64,000 nucleotides of DNA from contig OZ024750.1 of NCBI GenBank assembly GCA_964016885.1, positions 29,450,001-29,514,000 on the forward strand, given 5' to 3'. Positions 14,106 through 27,174 of this stretch are shown one piece after another. A program made the position numbers and the translations under genes. The notes beneath the pieces were generated by a model. It was given only the letters and a program-made list of their open reading frames with translations, had not been told where the DNA came from and ran no database searches. The DNA comes from Eledone cirrhosa. Lineage: Eukaryota. Position 1 is the first letter of the stretch. Each line of letters opens with the position of its first letter.

Positions 14106-14233
<128 letters not shown>

Positions 14234-14864
14234 ATATATATATAGTTATGTATATATATATACATACACATGCACGTGTATATATACACACACATATACA
14301 CACACACACACATATATATATGTATATCTTTTTTCCTTCTCTTTTTTTACATTAATTTCATTTGCTGAAGTAGGAACATCTGAAGTTCTATTCTATATTT
14401 TGTTGTCTTCAGAATTAGTTGTTGTTGTTGTTGTTGTTGTTGTTACAGAAGGTGAACAGAAGGTCTAACTGTGAAAATGAAGCTAACATGTTTGTGTTTT
14501 AATGTTTGAAGCAGTCAAAAGAAGAAAAAAAATAGACGGAAAAGAAGCGAAGAGCAAAGATATGTCAATGAAAGCTATAAGAAGGTACTTCAGGGATTGT
14601 TGCTGAATTGTTAAAATACATCTGAGTGGGTTGAAACAGTCATTTTTTTTCCCTGACTCTCATCCCTCATTTTAGCTGAAAACCAAAAAAAAAAAAAAAA
14701 TAATAATAATAATAAAAAAAAAAAAATAAATAAAAAAAACGAAACAAAAAAAAAATCAACAAAAAATCATGCCAAAAACCAGAATAACAAACAAATAAAC
14801 AAAAGAACTGATAGCTGAGCTGTTATATTTCTGGAAAATTGTATCGTAGTATTGTAGTATTATA

Positions 14865-15605
14865 TAATTATCTCTACTTTTGGCACAAGGCCAGCAATTA
14901 TCCCAGTGTATTACTGGTACTTTATTTTATCGACCTCCATAAGGATGAGCGACAAAACTAACCTCGGCGGGATTTGAACTCAGACCGTAAAGGGCCGTAA
15001 CTTTATGCCCCAAAGCATGATGTCCGACACTTTACCGATACTGCCAATCCACCATAATAACAATAATTGTTCCTACTTTTGACACAAGGCCAGCAATTTC
15101 CCCAGTGTATTACTGGTACTTTATTTTATCGACCCCGTAAGGATGAAAGGCAAAGTTAACCGTGGTGGGATTTGAACTCAGAACGCAAAGGGCCACAACT
15201 CTATGCTGCGAGCATGATGTCCAACATTTTACCGATACTGCCAATCCACCGCCTAATAATAATATCAATAATTGTTTCTATTTTTGGCACAAGGCCTGCA
15301 ATTATGTCAGTGTATTACTGGTACTTTATTTCATCGACACCGTAAGGATGAAAAGCAAAGTTTACCTCGGCTGGATTTGAACTCAGAACATAAAGGGCCG
15401 TAGTATTATATAATTGTTTCTACTTTGGGCACAAGGCCAGCAATTATCCCAGTGTATTACTGGTACTTTATTTTATCGACCCCCGTAAGGATGAAAGGCA
15501 AAGTTAACCTCGGCAGGATTTGAACTCAGAATGGCAAGGGCCGCAACTCTATGCGTCAAAGCATGGCGTCCGACCCTCTACCGATACTGCCAATCCACTA
15601 TAATA
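14865..15605 (-). mobile_element. Four head-to-tail copies of a second tRNA-derived SINE (family B, Meta-domain-like)
   Basis: Each unit has ggatttgaactcaga (B box on minus strand) and ctggtactttattttatcgaccccgtaaggatgaaaggc. Confidence 0.8.
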
Positions 15606-16114
15606 TAATGAAAGTATACATGAAATAAGTGTAGTAGTGTTTGTAGAACCTTGAAAAGGTAGAACCTTTAAAATGAAAGTGTATCGGTAATGGAACCACT
15701 ATTATGAAAGTATATAGGAGGTAAGTGTAGTTGTTATGGAATATTTAACCCTTTAGCATTTACATTACTCTATATATACTATTATATTTTCATGGTAAAG
15801 GCTTTACCTCACATAATTATCTCACATAACATTTACATTACTCTATATATGCTATTATATTTTCATGGTAAAGGTTTTACCTCACATAATATCTCACATA
15901 ACATCTCGTATACGAGAGACGTGTGTTGACGTGTGTGAACAAGCTCGGCTACCGAGTCGGATTTACTTACTCAAAAAGTGAGTTTTGATTAATTTTTTAT
16001 ACTGTAATATACGTTAACCCCTTGCCTTGGTCGTCAAACTTTGAGTTTATTTATTTTCGCCCCTTTTTGGGGCGAATTTTCCAGTTAAAAATTTATTACG
16101 GCAAACTAATAGAA

Positions 16115-17818
16115 ATGGACGGAATTTTCACATCTCATCCTAACGTGAAAGCCACGCCCCCTAAGAAAGGTGATACAGAGAAGCTAGAAGCACAAGGCTC
16201 TAAGTCTTCCCTCCTCACTTCTGCAAAAGAAACATGGAACACGGAATTAAAAGAAAAATTTGTAAAAATGGGTGAAAACCCAGAAAGTCACATAAACGCA
16301 GACAAAAACAACAACGACAATAACAGCAATAGTCACAACACCAACCAAGGAAAAAATAACGATAACACCAAACAAAGCGAACCCACTACTGGTGCCTCCT
16401 TTGCACAGGCGGTCCGGAAAACACAAACCTGCAAGCAACTGGACATTACAACTCTGAGAGAAAAGATGAAGGAAGCGAAACAGTATGTAACTTTCAAAGA
16501 AGGAGGAGACTTCACAATCACCTCCCCACAAGAAATCAAAAGAGACACGACGCTAAGAACGATATCTTTCAGAACAATTTCCAACATAACAAGGAAACCA
16601 ACTCAATTATCCCAAAAAGAGATTGAGCTGGTCCTAAAAAATGTGTGGAGTGATATATCGTTCATACAAAAAAGGGCCACTCTATGGGAATATAACGGTC
16701 CTAATGAAGGATCAATTGACGGCCAGGAAATACTCTGTGGCACCAATTGTTTCCAAGCTACATACATTTTCCCCCACATATTTAGGGAAAAGAACGCAGA
16801 AGATAAGGGTCTCCGGAATCCGGCCAAATGCATGCATTTCCTGGGTACTAACAGGATTTTTAGAAGACGAGGACGGAATCCTCTCAGTAGGAGAAATCAC
16901 CACAGACGTTTTCGGCGGTTTGAGCGTGGAGGTTCTGGTCCAAATGAGACCAGAACGAATAGCTAGAATACCACAGAGGGTGTCCCTCGATGGAGAAACA
17001 TTTATATATATTTCAGCCGAGGGTAGGAGGCCCATATGTTCAAGCAGGGGTCATCTAAGGGCTGCTTGTCCTCAATTGACAAAAAAAAGGCTCTTTTGCC
17101 TACACCCCACACACCACCACCGCCACCACCACAACAACAACAAAAACAACAGGGAAAAATAACACAAGACACGGCCCCACCCAAAACAACTCCCAAAACA
17201 CACACAAATACAACAAAACCCCAAAATACACCACTACCCGACAGCACGGACGAGGACCCAGCGGAAACGGCACCTAGTGACGAAGAGGGGGAACCCTTCC
17301 AACCTGTAAAAAGGAAAAAAAGAAAGCACCACTCGAACATAAACGAAACAAACACACAACCACCAACAAAAACAAAACAAACAGAACAAACAAAATCCGC
17401 CCCACCCCAAAACATAACACATACAACAAAACGTAAGCACACACAAGAACAACAAACAAACACAACACAAATAAAACAGTATACATACATTAACACAAAT
17501 AACAAAGAACTAGTAAAAACAATACACAAAGACCCTTTGGTGGAAACTGAAGGGCAATTCTTTGCAAGCGCAGCCAACAAACCGCATTTAAAAATGATAA
17601 GACTCCCAATGGACACCTATGCAAAACTAAGAGAGAACTTTCCTGAGGACGTGGGAAAAACATGTACTCGACCCTATAACCGCGTCCTCTTGAAACGTTT
17701 CCCCACCCACACCTCACCAAACACCCCCACTCCACCACAGAACAACACCCCACCAAACAACCCCTCCAATACGCCCATGGATATTGTGCAACCTGCTCCT
17801 CAGGAGCCGAACAGGTAG
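16115..17818 (+). pseudogene. LINE ORF1 (gag-like), split by two frameshifts
   Basis: Overlapping ORFs 16022-16966, 16641-17162 and 17036-17818; degenerate zinc knuckle C..RGHLRAAC; Pro/Thr/Lys-rich C-terminus ending 21 bp before ORF2. Confidence 0.75.
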
Positions 17819-17839
17819 GTCCTTCCTCTTTTAACCAAC

Positions 17840-20800
17840 ATGGCTGATATAAGAGTTGGGTGTCTGAATGTACGTGGCCTGGGACTGTCTTGGAAACAAG
17901 GCAAACTTTTAAACGATCTCAGGTCGCATAGAATGGATGTAATGGCTATTTGCGAGTCCAGGATCAGCAGCGAGCACCAACTGGCGCCCCTCTTCGACGA
18001 CTTTGAGATCTTCGCATCTCTCTGTCAACCGGGGGGTGGGGGTGGAGTTGTCGTTCTGCTGCGAAAACACCTGGGCCTCGCCATACAGAAGGTGCACCTG
18101 GACCCGGAGGGTCGACTGGTGGTTTTAGACGTCGGCAGTAGTGAAAGTGGAGCCCTTAGACTAATAGCTCTGTACGCCCCTTTTTGGGCAGCGCGGCCGG
18201 AATACTTCCAACGTCTGGAAACTTTTCTGGGAACGTCCCGCTCCTTGCTTTTAGTGGGGGACTGGAATGGTATCCTGGATGCACGTTGGGACTATGTAGG
18301 GGCATGTGCCAATAGAGGGGGGTGTAAAAGCCTCAAAAGGTTAATCGGCCGATTTGACCTGGCCGATAGATATCGACTAGATTTTCCGACTGTACCACTA
18401 TGGACGTGGACCAATCGCAGTGGAACATCTAGGTCGTACCTAGATAGGGTCCTAGTTAGAGAGAACGATAGGGACACATTTAGCTGTCCAAAAATGTTCA
18501 TGGTTGACTATTCGGATCACAAGTTAGTGACCTGCATAACCAACCTTGATAGAACCCATAGACAGGGACCCGGTTACTGGAAGCTGAACTTGTCCTTACC
18601 GAGAAGCAAAGCTTACAGTAAACGGATTAGCACGTTAGTTAAGCAGAGTTTGACAGGGGCAATTGTCAACAACAGGTGGTGGAGCTCTCTTAAGAGAGCA
18701 ATTAGAATAGAATCGATAGGTTTTAGTCAGGAATTAGCAAGGGATAGGAACAAGACGGAAAGGGAATTAGTAGATAGAGTAGAAGAGGCGATTAGGAGTG
18801 GCAATGTAGCCGGCGTGCTGGCATCAAGAATGGCCTTAGACCAGTTCTTTGAGGTGAAGCATGAAGGCTGCGTTGTCAGGAGTAAAATACGTGCTCTGGG
18901 TAATGAGGGAGCCAAAGCTGTGAGCTGGGCCCGAGTGACAGAGGCAAAAAGTGGGAACAAGTCCCCGATTCGGTCTTTGAAGGACCAGGATGGGCGTGTG
19001 ATCCTTGAACCTGGGCAGATGTGTGCGGCCTTTCAGCGGCACTTTGCACGACTGTTCGAGAGGGGCGGCGCGCCGGGTGAGACTATGGATTTCAATCCAT
19101 ACCTCGACGGTCTGCCGCGCCTCTCGGACGCGGAGGCGAAGTCCTGCGAAAGGACGATTTCAGCTGCTGAGATAGGGGCAGCGCTGAGCCAATGCGGCAA
19201 ACGCAAATCCCCGGGTCTCGATGGTCTACCATACGAGCTATATGTAGCGATGCCGGACTTGTTCTCCGATATCCTCGAAGCGGTCTACTGCAACTGGCAG
19301 CAGAACGGGAGAATTCCCAGTTCTGTGACCAAGGGCGTAGTTACGCTGGTGAGGAAGGATGAGAACAAGGGGGATGACATAAGTAACTTCAGGCCCATAA
19401 CTCTGCTAAATACAGAGTTAAAGATTTTGGCCAAGGTGTTAGCGAAGAGGTTGGCGCTTGTCGTTGGAAACCTGGTGGGAGAAGCGCAGACATGCGCAAT
19501 CCCGTCCAGGTCCATTCACGACAATCTCCACCTTATGCGATACATCATAGAGAGGGTAGGGAATGAACCCGGCTTTGGTGGGGCCCTGATCAACTTGGAT
19601 CAATCTAAAGCTTTCGATAGGGTTGACCATCGTTACCTGGATGCGGTGCTCGCGGCGGCAGGCTTCGGACCCGTTTTCAGGGGTTGGATTGCTGCGATGC
19701 ACAGCAGCAACGTCTGCTCAAGGGTCAAGGTGAACGGCCACCTCTCGGAGCCGTTCCAAATCATGCGATCCATCCGACAGGGATGCCCTCTCTCCTCCCT
19801 ACTGTATGTGCTGGCTCTTGAGCCACTACTGCGGAAGTTGGAGCGGTTGCAGGGCATCCCTTTGGAACCGGGATTGCAGAAAGCGGCGTCGGCCTACGCC
19901 GATGACGTGACAGTAATGGTGTCGAAAACCTCGCAAATCGGTGAGATCGGCACCTTACTGGAGGAATATGAAAGGTTTACAGGAGCCAAGCTGAACCAGG
20001 ACAAGTCCGTCGGTTTGCAACTCGGAACATGGAGAGGCAAACCGATGCCCTCCAACGACGTCGTCGGACGCTGGACGGAGGGCCCGGTGAAGCTGCTTGG
20101 GGTCTGGTTCGGACCAGACCTCCAGGTGGAGAAAAACTGGAACGAGGTAACGGCCAGGGTGTTTGCACTCACACAGAAGTGGGCCCAGTGCAAACTATCC
20201 CTGAAAGGTCGAGCGGAGGTGGCGAATACTTATATAGCATCCGTCATCTACTACCGCTTGACCGTCGTGCCTTGCCCAGTGAAAAGACTCGCCAAAATGG
20301 AGTGCGCGCTGTTCCAATTTCTTTGGAACAAGCGGACCCCTTTGGTGAGGAGATCCATCTGCTGTCAACACCCTTCGAAAGGAGGGCTGGGGATGCCGTG
20401 GCTACAGATGCGTAAACACGCATTAAGGCTACGGCACCTCCAGGTATTCCTCACCGGTCAACCGGTGTGGGCCCCGTTTGTGAGGCGAGCCTTTCCCAGA
20501 CTCGTCTCGCTCACCGAGCTGCAATCCTGGGTCAAGCAAAGACCGAGAAAAGTGGGCGACTGCCCAGGCGCTCACGGCCCTCTGGAAAGCGGACCCGGCA
20601 ATCAGTGGAGACTCCACCTCGACATTCTATAGAGGGTTGGTACGCAGCAGGTGCGACGATGCTCTCGGAGAAGCTCTAGGCATGGAGGAAGATGAACTGG
20701 CCAGTCTGTTCAGTAGGACGTTTGGCCCTGGACCGATGGACAACTTCCAAAAGTCCCTGGCTTGGCAGTGCTACCGAGGGGCTCTACCCGTTCGAGACAA

Positions 20801-21263
20801 GCTCCACAGGCATGGGAGCCTGGGTAGAGATCCTTTGAATAAGATCTGTCCGAGATGCGTGCATGATGACGAAACCGTTGCGCACGCATTCGTACACTGC
20901 CCAGGCATTGCTGACCTGTGGGGCTATGTGGAACGACTACTGTCGAGGGTGGGACCAATCCGGTTGACCACCGAGTCCATTGTCACGATCAAACCGCCTC
21001 CCCCTTTCAAAAACGAAGGAGAGGCGGTTTTTCTCTGTGTGGTAGCCATGGCTAAAGAAGTTGTATGGTGGACAAGGCTGAAAGGGCTGAGGTCAGACAC
21101 CTTTCTCTCCGGCCAACAACTGGTCCCCTTTTTCAAATACCATTTTAAAAGAAGGATCAGAATGGAGAGAGAGGTGCTCTACCCCAGCAAGTTTTATGAA
21201 AGGTGGGTGAAAGTAGGGAGAATGGCCAGAGTGAATGGGTCTTCTCTCTATATCAGCCTGTAG
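17840..21263 (+). pseudogene. LINE ORF2: AP endonuclease + reverse transcriptase + C-terminal CCHC, one frame disruption near 20550
   Basis: EN motifs CLNVRG, GDWN, SYLD, SDH. RT motifs KSPGLDG, FRPITLLN, LDQSKAFD, QGCPLS, YADD. CPRC..ETVAHAFVHC in the downstream ORF 20637-21263. Confidence 0.93.
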
Positions 21264-21500
21264 GTGAAAGAAGAGGAAAAAGAGGAGACGAGGGAAGCAC
21301 CTACTCTTTGTGCTCCTGAGGAGAAGGGTTGCACATTTTTTCCGGGGTATGTGCGACCCATGTTAATGCCCCCTCCCTATTGAGGACTTCGTTTGTTGTT
21401 GTTATTTCATTGTTATATTTTTGTACTCGTTAATTATATGTAAACTTCCCCCCTTGTATCTGTCCCTACCTTTTGTGCCCTAGTGGCAAATAAAGAAACC

Positions 21501-22335
21501 ACTCTATATATACTATTATATTTTCATGGTAAAGGTTTTACCTCACATAATATCTCACATAACATTCACATTACTCTATATATACTATTATATTTTCATG
21601 GTAAAGGCTTTACCTCACATAATTATCTCACATAACATTCACATTACTCTATATATACTATTATATTTTCATGGTAAAGGCTTTACCTCACATAATTATC
21701 TCACATAACATTCACATTACTCTATATATACTATTATATTTTCATGGTAAAGGTTTTACCTCACATAATATCTCACATAACATTCACATTACTCTATATA
21801 TACTATTATATTTTCATGGTAAAGGCTTTACCTCACATAATTATCTCACATAACATTCACATTACTCTATATATACTATTATATTTTCATGGTAAAGGCT
21901 TTACCTCACATAATTATCTCACATAACATTCACATTACTCTATATATACTATTATATTTTCATGGTAAAGGCTTTACCTCACATAATTATCTCACATAAC
22001 ATTCACATTACTCTATATATAGTATTATATTTTCATGGTAAAGGCTTTACCTCGCATAATTATCTCACATAACATTCACATTACTCTATATATACTATTA
22101 TATTTTCCAGTAATGCACTGGGTAATTGCTGGCCTTGTGCCTAATGTAGAAACAATTATATTTTCATGGTAAAGGCTTTATCTCACATAATTATCTCACA
22201 TAACATTCACATTACTCTCTATATACTATTATATTTTCCAGTAATGCACTGGGTAATTGCTGGCCTTGTGCCTAAAGTAGAAACAATTATATTTTCATGG
22301 TAAAGGCTTTATCTCACATAATTATCTCACATAAT
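21501..22335. repeat. 73/74-bp minisatellite derived from the MITE 5' end
   Basis: Unit cattcacattactctatatatactattatattttcatggtaaaggctttacctcacataattatctcacataa matches the start of MITE 54157-54376. Two units contain a SINE-B fragment. Confidence 0.92.
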
Positions 22336-22477
22336 ATCGAATCTATGAGATTTTGAAAGTACTTATTTTGAGAACAATACCTTAACATCAGTTTGAGTGA
22401 CCAGTTACAGCCAGTTTCAACAGAAAATGGTAGAGAATTCTGGTTGGTTTTGGCCGGTTTGAACATTAAAGGGTTAA

Positions 22478-23210
22478 CAAGTAAGTGTTCAGCATGTGGT
22501 ATGTATAGTACTAGTGGAATATTTAATATGCAAGTGCACAGCAAGTGGTAAGTGTGGCAGTTGTGGAATATCTAATATGTAGGTGTAGTGATGATGGAAT
22601 ATTGCATATGTAAGTGTAATTGTGGTAAGTGTAGTGATAGTGGAATATTGAATGTGTAAGTGTATAGCAGGGGTATATGTAGTTGTAGTGGAATATTAAT
22701 ATGTAAATGTACAGCGTGTGGTAAGTGTAGTGGTGGTGGTACATTTAATATGTAAGTGTACAGCATGTGGTAAGTGTAGGGATAGTGGTATATTTAATAT
22801 GTAAGTGTACAGCATGTGGTAAGTGTAGGGATGGTGGTATATTTAATATGTAAGTGTACAGCATGTGGTAAGTGTAGTGGTAGTGGAATATTTAATATGT
22901 AAGTGTACAGCGTGTGGTAAGTGTAGTGGTGGGGGAACCTCTGTTATGAAAGTATATAGGCGGTAAGTGTAGTGATGGTAAAACCTCTAAAAAGAAAGTG
23001 TAGAAAAGTTATGTGTAGTGATGGTAAAACATTTAAGATATAAGTGTACAGGAAGTGTACTGATAGTGGAACCTCAATTTATTATAAAAGTAAGTGTAGT
23101 GATGGGCAGTGTACAAAAGGTAAGTGTAGTGATGGTTTGATCTATAAGATGATAGTGTACAGCAAGAGGTAAGTGTAGTTGTATAAACTTAATATGGTAA
23201 GTGTAAGTGT
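22478..23210. repeat. Degenerate ~44-bp GTAAGTGTA-rich minisatellite
   Basis: Repeats of gtaagtgtacagcatgtggtaagtgtag...tatttaatat; the same repeat type lies left of the MITE (15605-15745). Confidence 0.8.
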
Positions 23211-23535
23211 ACAGTAGGGACCACTCCTCATTTTGCATGCACTGTCTGTAAGTGGTTTGAGGTCCAGTGTCTAGGACATTGGCTAGGTCGTTAAGGCTCA
23301 CATGAATGGCCAGCAAGAAGCCCTGGCTTAACAGCATATGAGTTTTTTTCCTGTGGGGTGAGCGAAGAAAGACGTTATAGCTCAAAACCAAAACCTCCGA
23401 CTCAATTGAAAGACCACATTGATCATGTACTGACTGACCCACATACCACCTGAGTTTCTGATGAAGTCAGGTGAGAATATAGCCAGACGGTTACAAATAT
23501 TGGTGGACAACACTGATGCCTATGTAGAATTTTAA
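23211..23535 (+). pseudogene. Decayed Tc1/mariner transposase, rosa/DD41D-like
   Basis: Manual translation PHFACTVCKWF...HWLGR*GSHEWPARSPGLTAYEFF..LWG resembles WPARSPDLTPCDFFLWG. Confidence 0.65.
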
Positions 23536-24219
23536 CACTGTACTGTACTTCTACCATTTCATTGTTTAAGAGAGAGAGAGAGAGAGAGAGAGAAAAGGGA
23601 AGACTGAGAGAGAGAGAGGGGAAGAATAAGAGAAAGGATGAGAGAAAGGGGGGGGGAGAAAGAATGAGAGAGAGAAGAGAGAATGAGAGAGGGGGGAGAA
23701 TGAGTGAGGGGGAAGAATGAGAGAGAGAGAGGAGAAGAATAAGAGAAAGAATGAGAGAGAGAGAGAGAGGGGGATAACAGAAAGAATGAGAGAGAGAGGG
23801 AAAGAATGAGAGAGGGGGAGAAAGAATGAGAGAGTGAGGGGAAGAATGAGAGAGAAGGGAAGAATAAGAGAAAGAATGAGAGAGAGAGGAGAGAATGAGA
23901 AAGAGAGAGGGGGAGGGAGAGTCAGTCAGAATTTAAATGGGCTAAAACTCTTAGATTCTGTTAATGACAATGAAGTTGAAAGACACAGGTGAAGAAGATT
24001 AAAGGTGAATCTGTAAGATAAGAAGCAGGTGTGATTAATGTTTCAAGTCTTATAATATAGAAATGCCAGAGTATTGGAAGGTCAAGACAGACTTAGAATA
24101 TTGTTGTTAATAAATGATTTAACAAAGACATGGCATGTTAGTCTTAATATTCTGTTAAAATATATTACATTTCTTATTGTTCATCATGTATTTTTCCTGA
24201 CATGTATTACAGAAAACAG

Positions 24220-24690
24220 GCAGCAAATTAGCAGAGTTGTTAGAACATTGGATAGAATGCTTTATGGTATTCGTTCCAGTTATCTGCTCTCTGAGTTCAA
24301 ATCCCACAGTTGTTAGAACATTGGATAGAATGCTTTATGGTATTCGTTCCAGTTATCTGCTCTCTGAGTTCAAATCCCACAGTTGTTAGAACATTGGATA
24401 GATTGCTTTATAGTATTCATTCTGGTACTCTGCTCTCTGACTTTAAATCCCGTCAAGGTCAACTTTGCCTTTCATCATTTCGAGGTCAATAAAAAAAGTA
24501 CCAGTCTAGTACTGGGGTCAATTCCTCATTTCCTCTCTCTCACTTTCTATCTTTCTCCGGAAGAAATCAGCTGCACTCAGGCCTGGAGAGGGATGGTCTC
24601 TGCCAGGCTTAAAATGCCCAAGAAATACCATATGTCAATACGACGCCCCCTATGTACCTACGACCCTATCAGGAATTATGGGACCATATA
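24220..24690 (+). mobile_element. SINE family B variant with triplicated head and long tail
   Basis: gttgttagaacattggatag...gagttcaaatccc repeated three times; the tail is shared in inverted orientation with 50190-50550. Confidence 0.6.
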
Positions 24691-25239
24691 TACATACATT
24701 TCAGAAAGCTAGAGTACAATGTGATAGAAATATATAAAGGGCAAAGGATGACAAAAAAAAGAAACAAACAAAAAAATAAAACAAAAAAAAAAGAGAGAGA
24801 GAGAAGGGAGAAGAATGAGATAGGAGAAGAATATATACCGAGTATATTTCAACATGATATTTCAGGGCTATTACTCTCTTTTCAAATGTAAAATGAAAAC
24901 GATTCAAATTAAAACAAAACGAACACTAGATATTTTCCAACCTAATTCAATATTCGCAGTCCTTTGAGTATTATAAAAAAAAATAAAATAAAATAAAACA
25001 AATAAAAATAATATAAAGATGGAAGTGGTGAGAGCTGATCTTAGATCACTGAAGCTCACAGAGGAGATGACAAACGAATGTGACAAGTAGAGATATGCTG
25101 TACTGAGAAGGACCCATCCAACTGACACAATCGTGGAACAACGGATGTAAAATGATGTTGATGATGATAATGTAAGAGTGTTGTGCTCATGCGTGGAGAT
25201 GCAATAAAATAGCTTATAGAATAGGGTAAAAACCTTTAA

Positions 25240-25458
25240 CCCTTTAACATTTACATTACTGTATATTTACTATTGAATTTTCACGGTAAGGCTTTACCTC
25301 ACATAATATCTCACTTGATATCGAATCTATGAGATTTTAATATTATTTATTTTGAGAACAATACCTTAACATCAGTATGAGCAGTCAGTTACAGCTGGTT
25401 TGAACAGAAAGAGGTGAGGGAATTCTGGCTGGATATGGCCGGTTTAAATGCTAAGGGG
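25240..25458 (+). mobile_element. piggyBac-like MITE
   Basis: TTAA|CCCTTTAA...TAAGGGG|TTAA; similar to the other copies. Confidence 0.8.
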
Positions 25459-26338
25459 TTAAACAGTGATGATGATGATGATGGTGATGATGAAGTTCAG
25501 GAGGAGTGCAACCTGTTTGTGAGCTAGGCAGACTGAAGCAAGCAAGTAAACTGGGGCACAATACAATGATTCTAATGATAAGGTTAAACATATGACTATA
25601 TAATTATACAATTAACAGTGCAGGAAATGATCAAAGCTTTATTGAGTGGCTTGATTACGTTTGATAAATGATTTTACTTCTTTTGATTCAGAATTATTGA
25701 TAATAATTTTAGATAATTTACATTAAATTTAATATTTGTAAATGTGGTTATAATCTGCTATTTATGTATATCAGTCATTTTTGATGAAAAATCTTTAGCG
25801 TTCTTTTTGTTGTTGCCATGATAACATGCACCCAGTACACTCTGTAAAGTGATATTGTTGGTGTTATGGTAAAATGATAATGATGATGATGATGATGATG
25901 CTAACAATGAAGGCGACGGCGGCAGCAATGATAATAATGATGATGATGATGGTTGTGGTGATGATGATGATGGTAATGATGGTGAGAGTGATGATGATGA
26001 TGGTGATGGTGATGATGGTAATGATAATGATGATGATGATATTGAAATAGATGCTACCGGTGATACTATTTATGCAATATTACCACAAGGTGTTAGGTAA
26101 CATAGACCTGTAGCAGCTTTCTCATGGTCCTTAAATATTTCTGAGAAAAAAACTCTTAAAACATTGTCAAAAGAGAAGCTTCTGTAATTATAAAAGCTGT
26201 GAGAAAATAGATTTATTTCTTCACAAAACATTTTAATTAAATGACAGATCAAAGATCCAGTTTTATTCATGGTTGACAAAAAATAGTAAACGATTTGAAT
26301 CCTGTACTAAAGAATCAAACTCTCTTCCACTGTCTCTC

Positions 26339-26371
<33 letters not shown>

Positions 26372-26373
26372 AT

Positions 26374-26724
26374 CACTTTAGAAGGAGAATCAGGGTGGAG
26401 AGAGAGGCACTGCACCCCAGTAAATTTACTGAAAGGTGGGTGAATGAAGCGAAAATGGCCCGAGTGATTGGGCCTTCTCTGTTTATAAGCCTGTAGGTTG
26501 AGGAAGAGAGCAAAGGGAAGAAAGGAGCACTTGCACAACACGCTCCTGGAGTTGAGGGTTGTTCTATCGACGGGGTATTAAACAACCCATTTGTGGCGCC
26601 TATTGGGGATTTCGATTGTTGAAATTGTTTGTTTTTATATTTTTTACACGACTGCATGTAAAATCCCCGGCATGTCTTTGTATTGTCCCCTTTTCTTGTT
26701 GCGCCCTTGTGGCTAATAAAGAAA
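26374..26724 (+). mobile_element. 5'-truncated Tx1-like LINE 3' end inserted in (TATC)n
   Basis: Translates HFRRRIRVEREALHPSKFTERWVNEAKMARVIGPSLFISL*, homologous to the ORF2 end at 21263. Ends AATAAAGAAA with TATC repeats on both sides. Confidence 0.85.
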
Positions 26725-26792
26725 TCTATCTATCTATCTATATATATATATACACACATGCACACACACATATATATATATACATATATACA

Positions 26793-26967
26793 TTCCACTG
26801 CAAAGTGGTCGTGGAGGTGCCACGGAAAAAAAAGCACCCAGCACTCACTGTAAAATGAGGTTGGTGTTAGGAAGGGCATCCAACTGTAGAAATCAAGCCA
26901 GAATCAGTTCCCGTCCCACCCTTGCAAGCAGGGAAAAGTGGACGTAAAATGAAATGATGATGATGAT
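26793..26967 (+). mobile_element. SINE family A, 5'-truncated
   Basis: Matches the 3' half of 37180-37525. Confidence 0.8.
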
Positions 26968-27010
26968 ACATATATTATAGTGTAGGAGAGAGAGAAAGGG
27001 GTGAGAGAGG

Positions 27011-27077
<67 letters not shown>

Positions 27078-27174
27078 ATATATGTGTGTGTGTGTGTGTG
27101 TATATATATATGTGTGTGTGTGTGTATATATATATGTATATATATGTATATATATATATATATATGTATGTATA

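Larger units (their letters stand above)
15905..21500 (+). mobile_element. Near full-length Tx1/L1-clade non-LTR retrotransposon
   Basis: GC-richer block with ORF1 and ORF2 (APE-RT-CCHC), a 3' UTR ending in AATAAAGAAACC, and the same minisatellite on both flanks. Confidence 0.93.
15749..22473 (+). mobile_element. piggyBac-like MITE expanded by an internal minisatellite and a nested LINE
   Basis: TTAA|CCCTTTAG at 15745 and TAAAGGG|TTAA at 22474. Uninterrupted ~220-bp copies at 25240, 40437 and 54157. Confidence 0.8.

Noticed and set aside
14515-14584. Possible small exon (cag|TCAAAAGAAG...AAG|gtac; KRRKKIDGKEAKSKDMSMKAIR)
   Set aside because: Weak donor, no recognisable homology and no partner exons; cannot be supported.
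22478-23210. Dense cluster of GTAAGT splice-donor consensus
   Set aside because: Explained by the minisatellite unit; no matching acceptors or exons.
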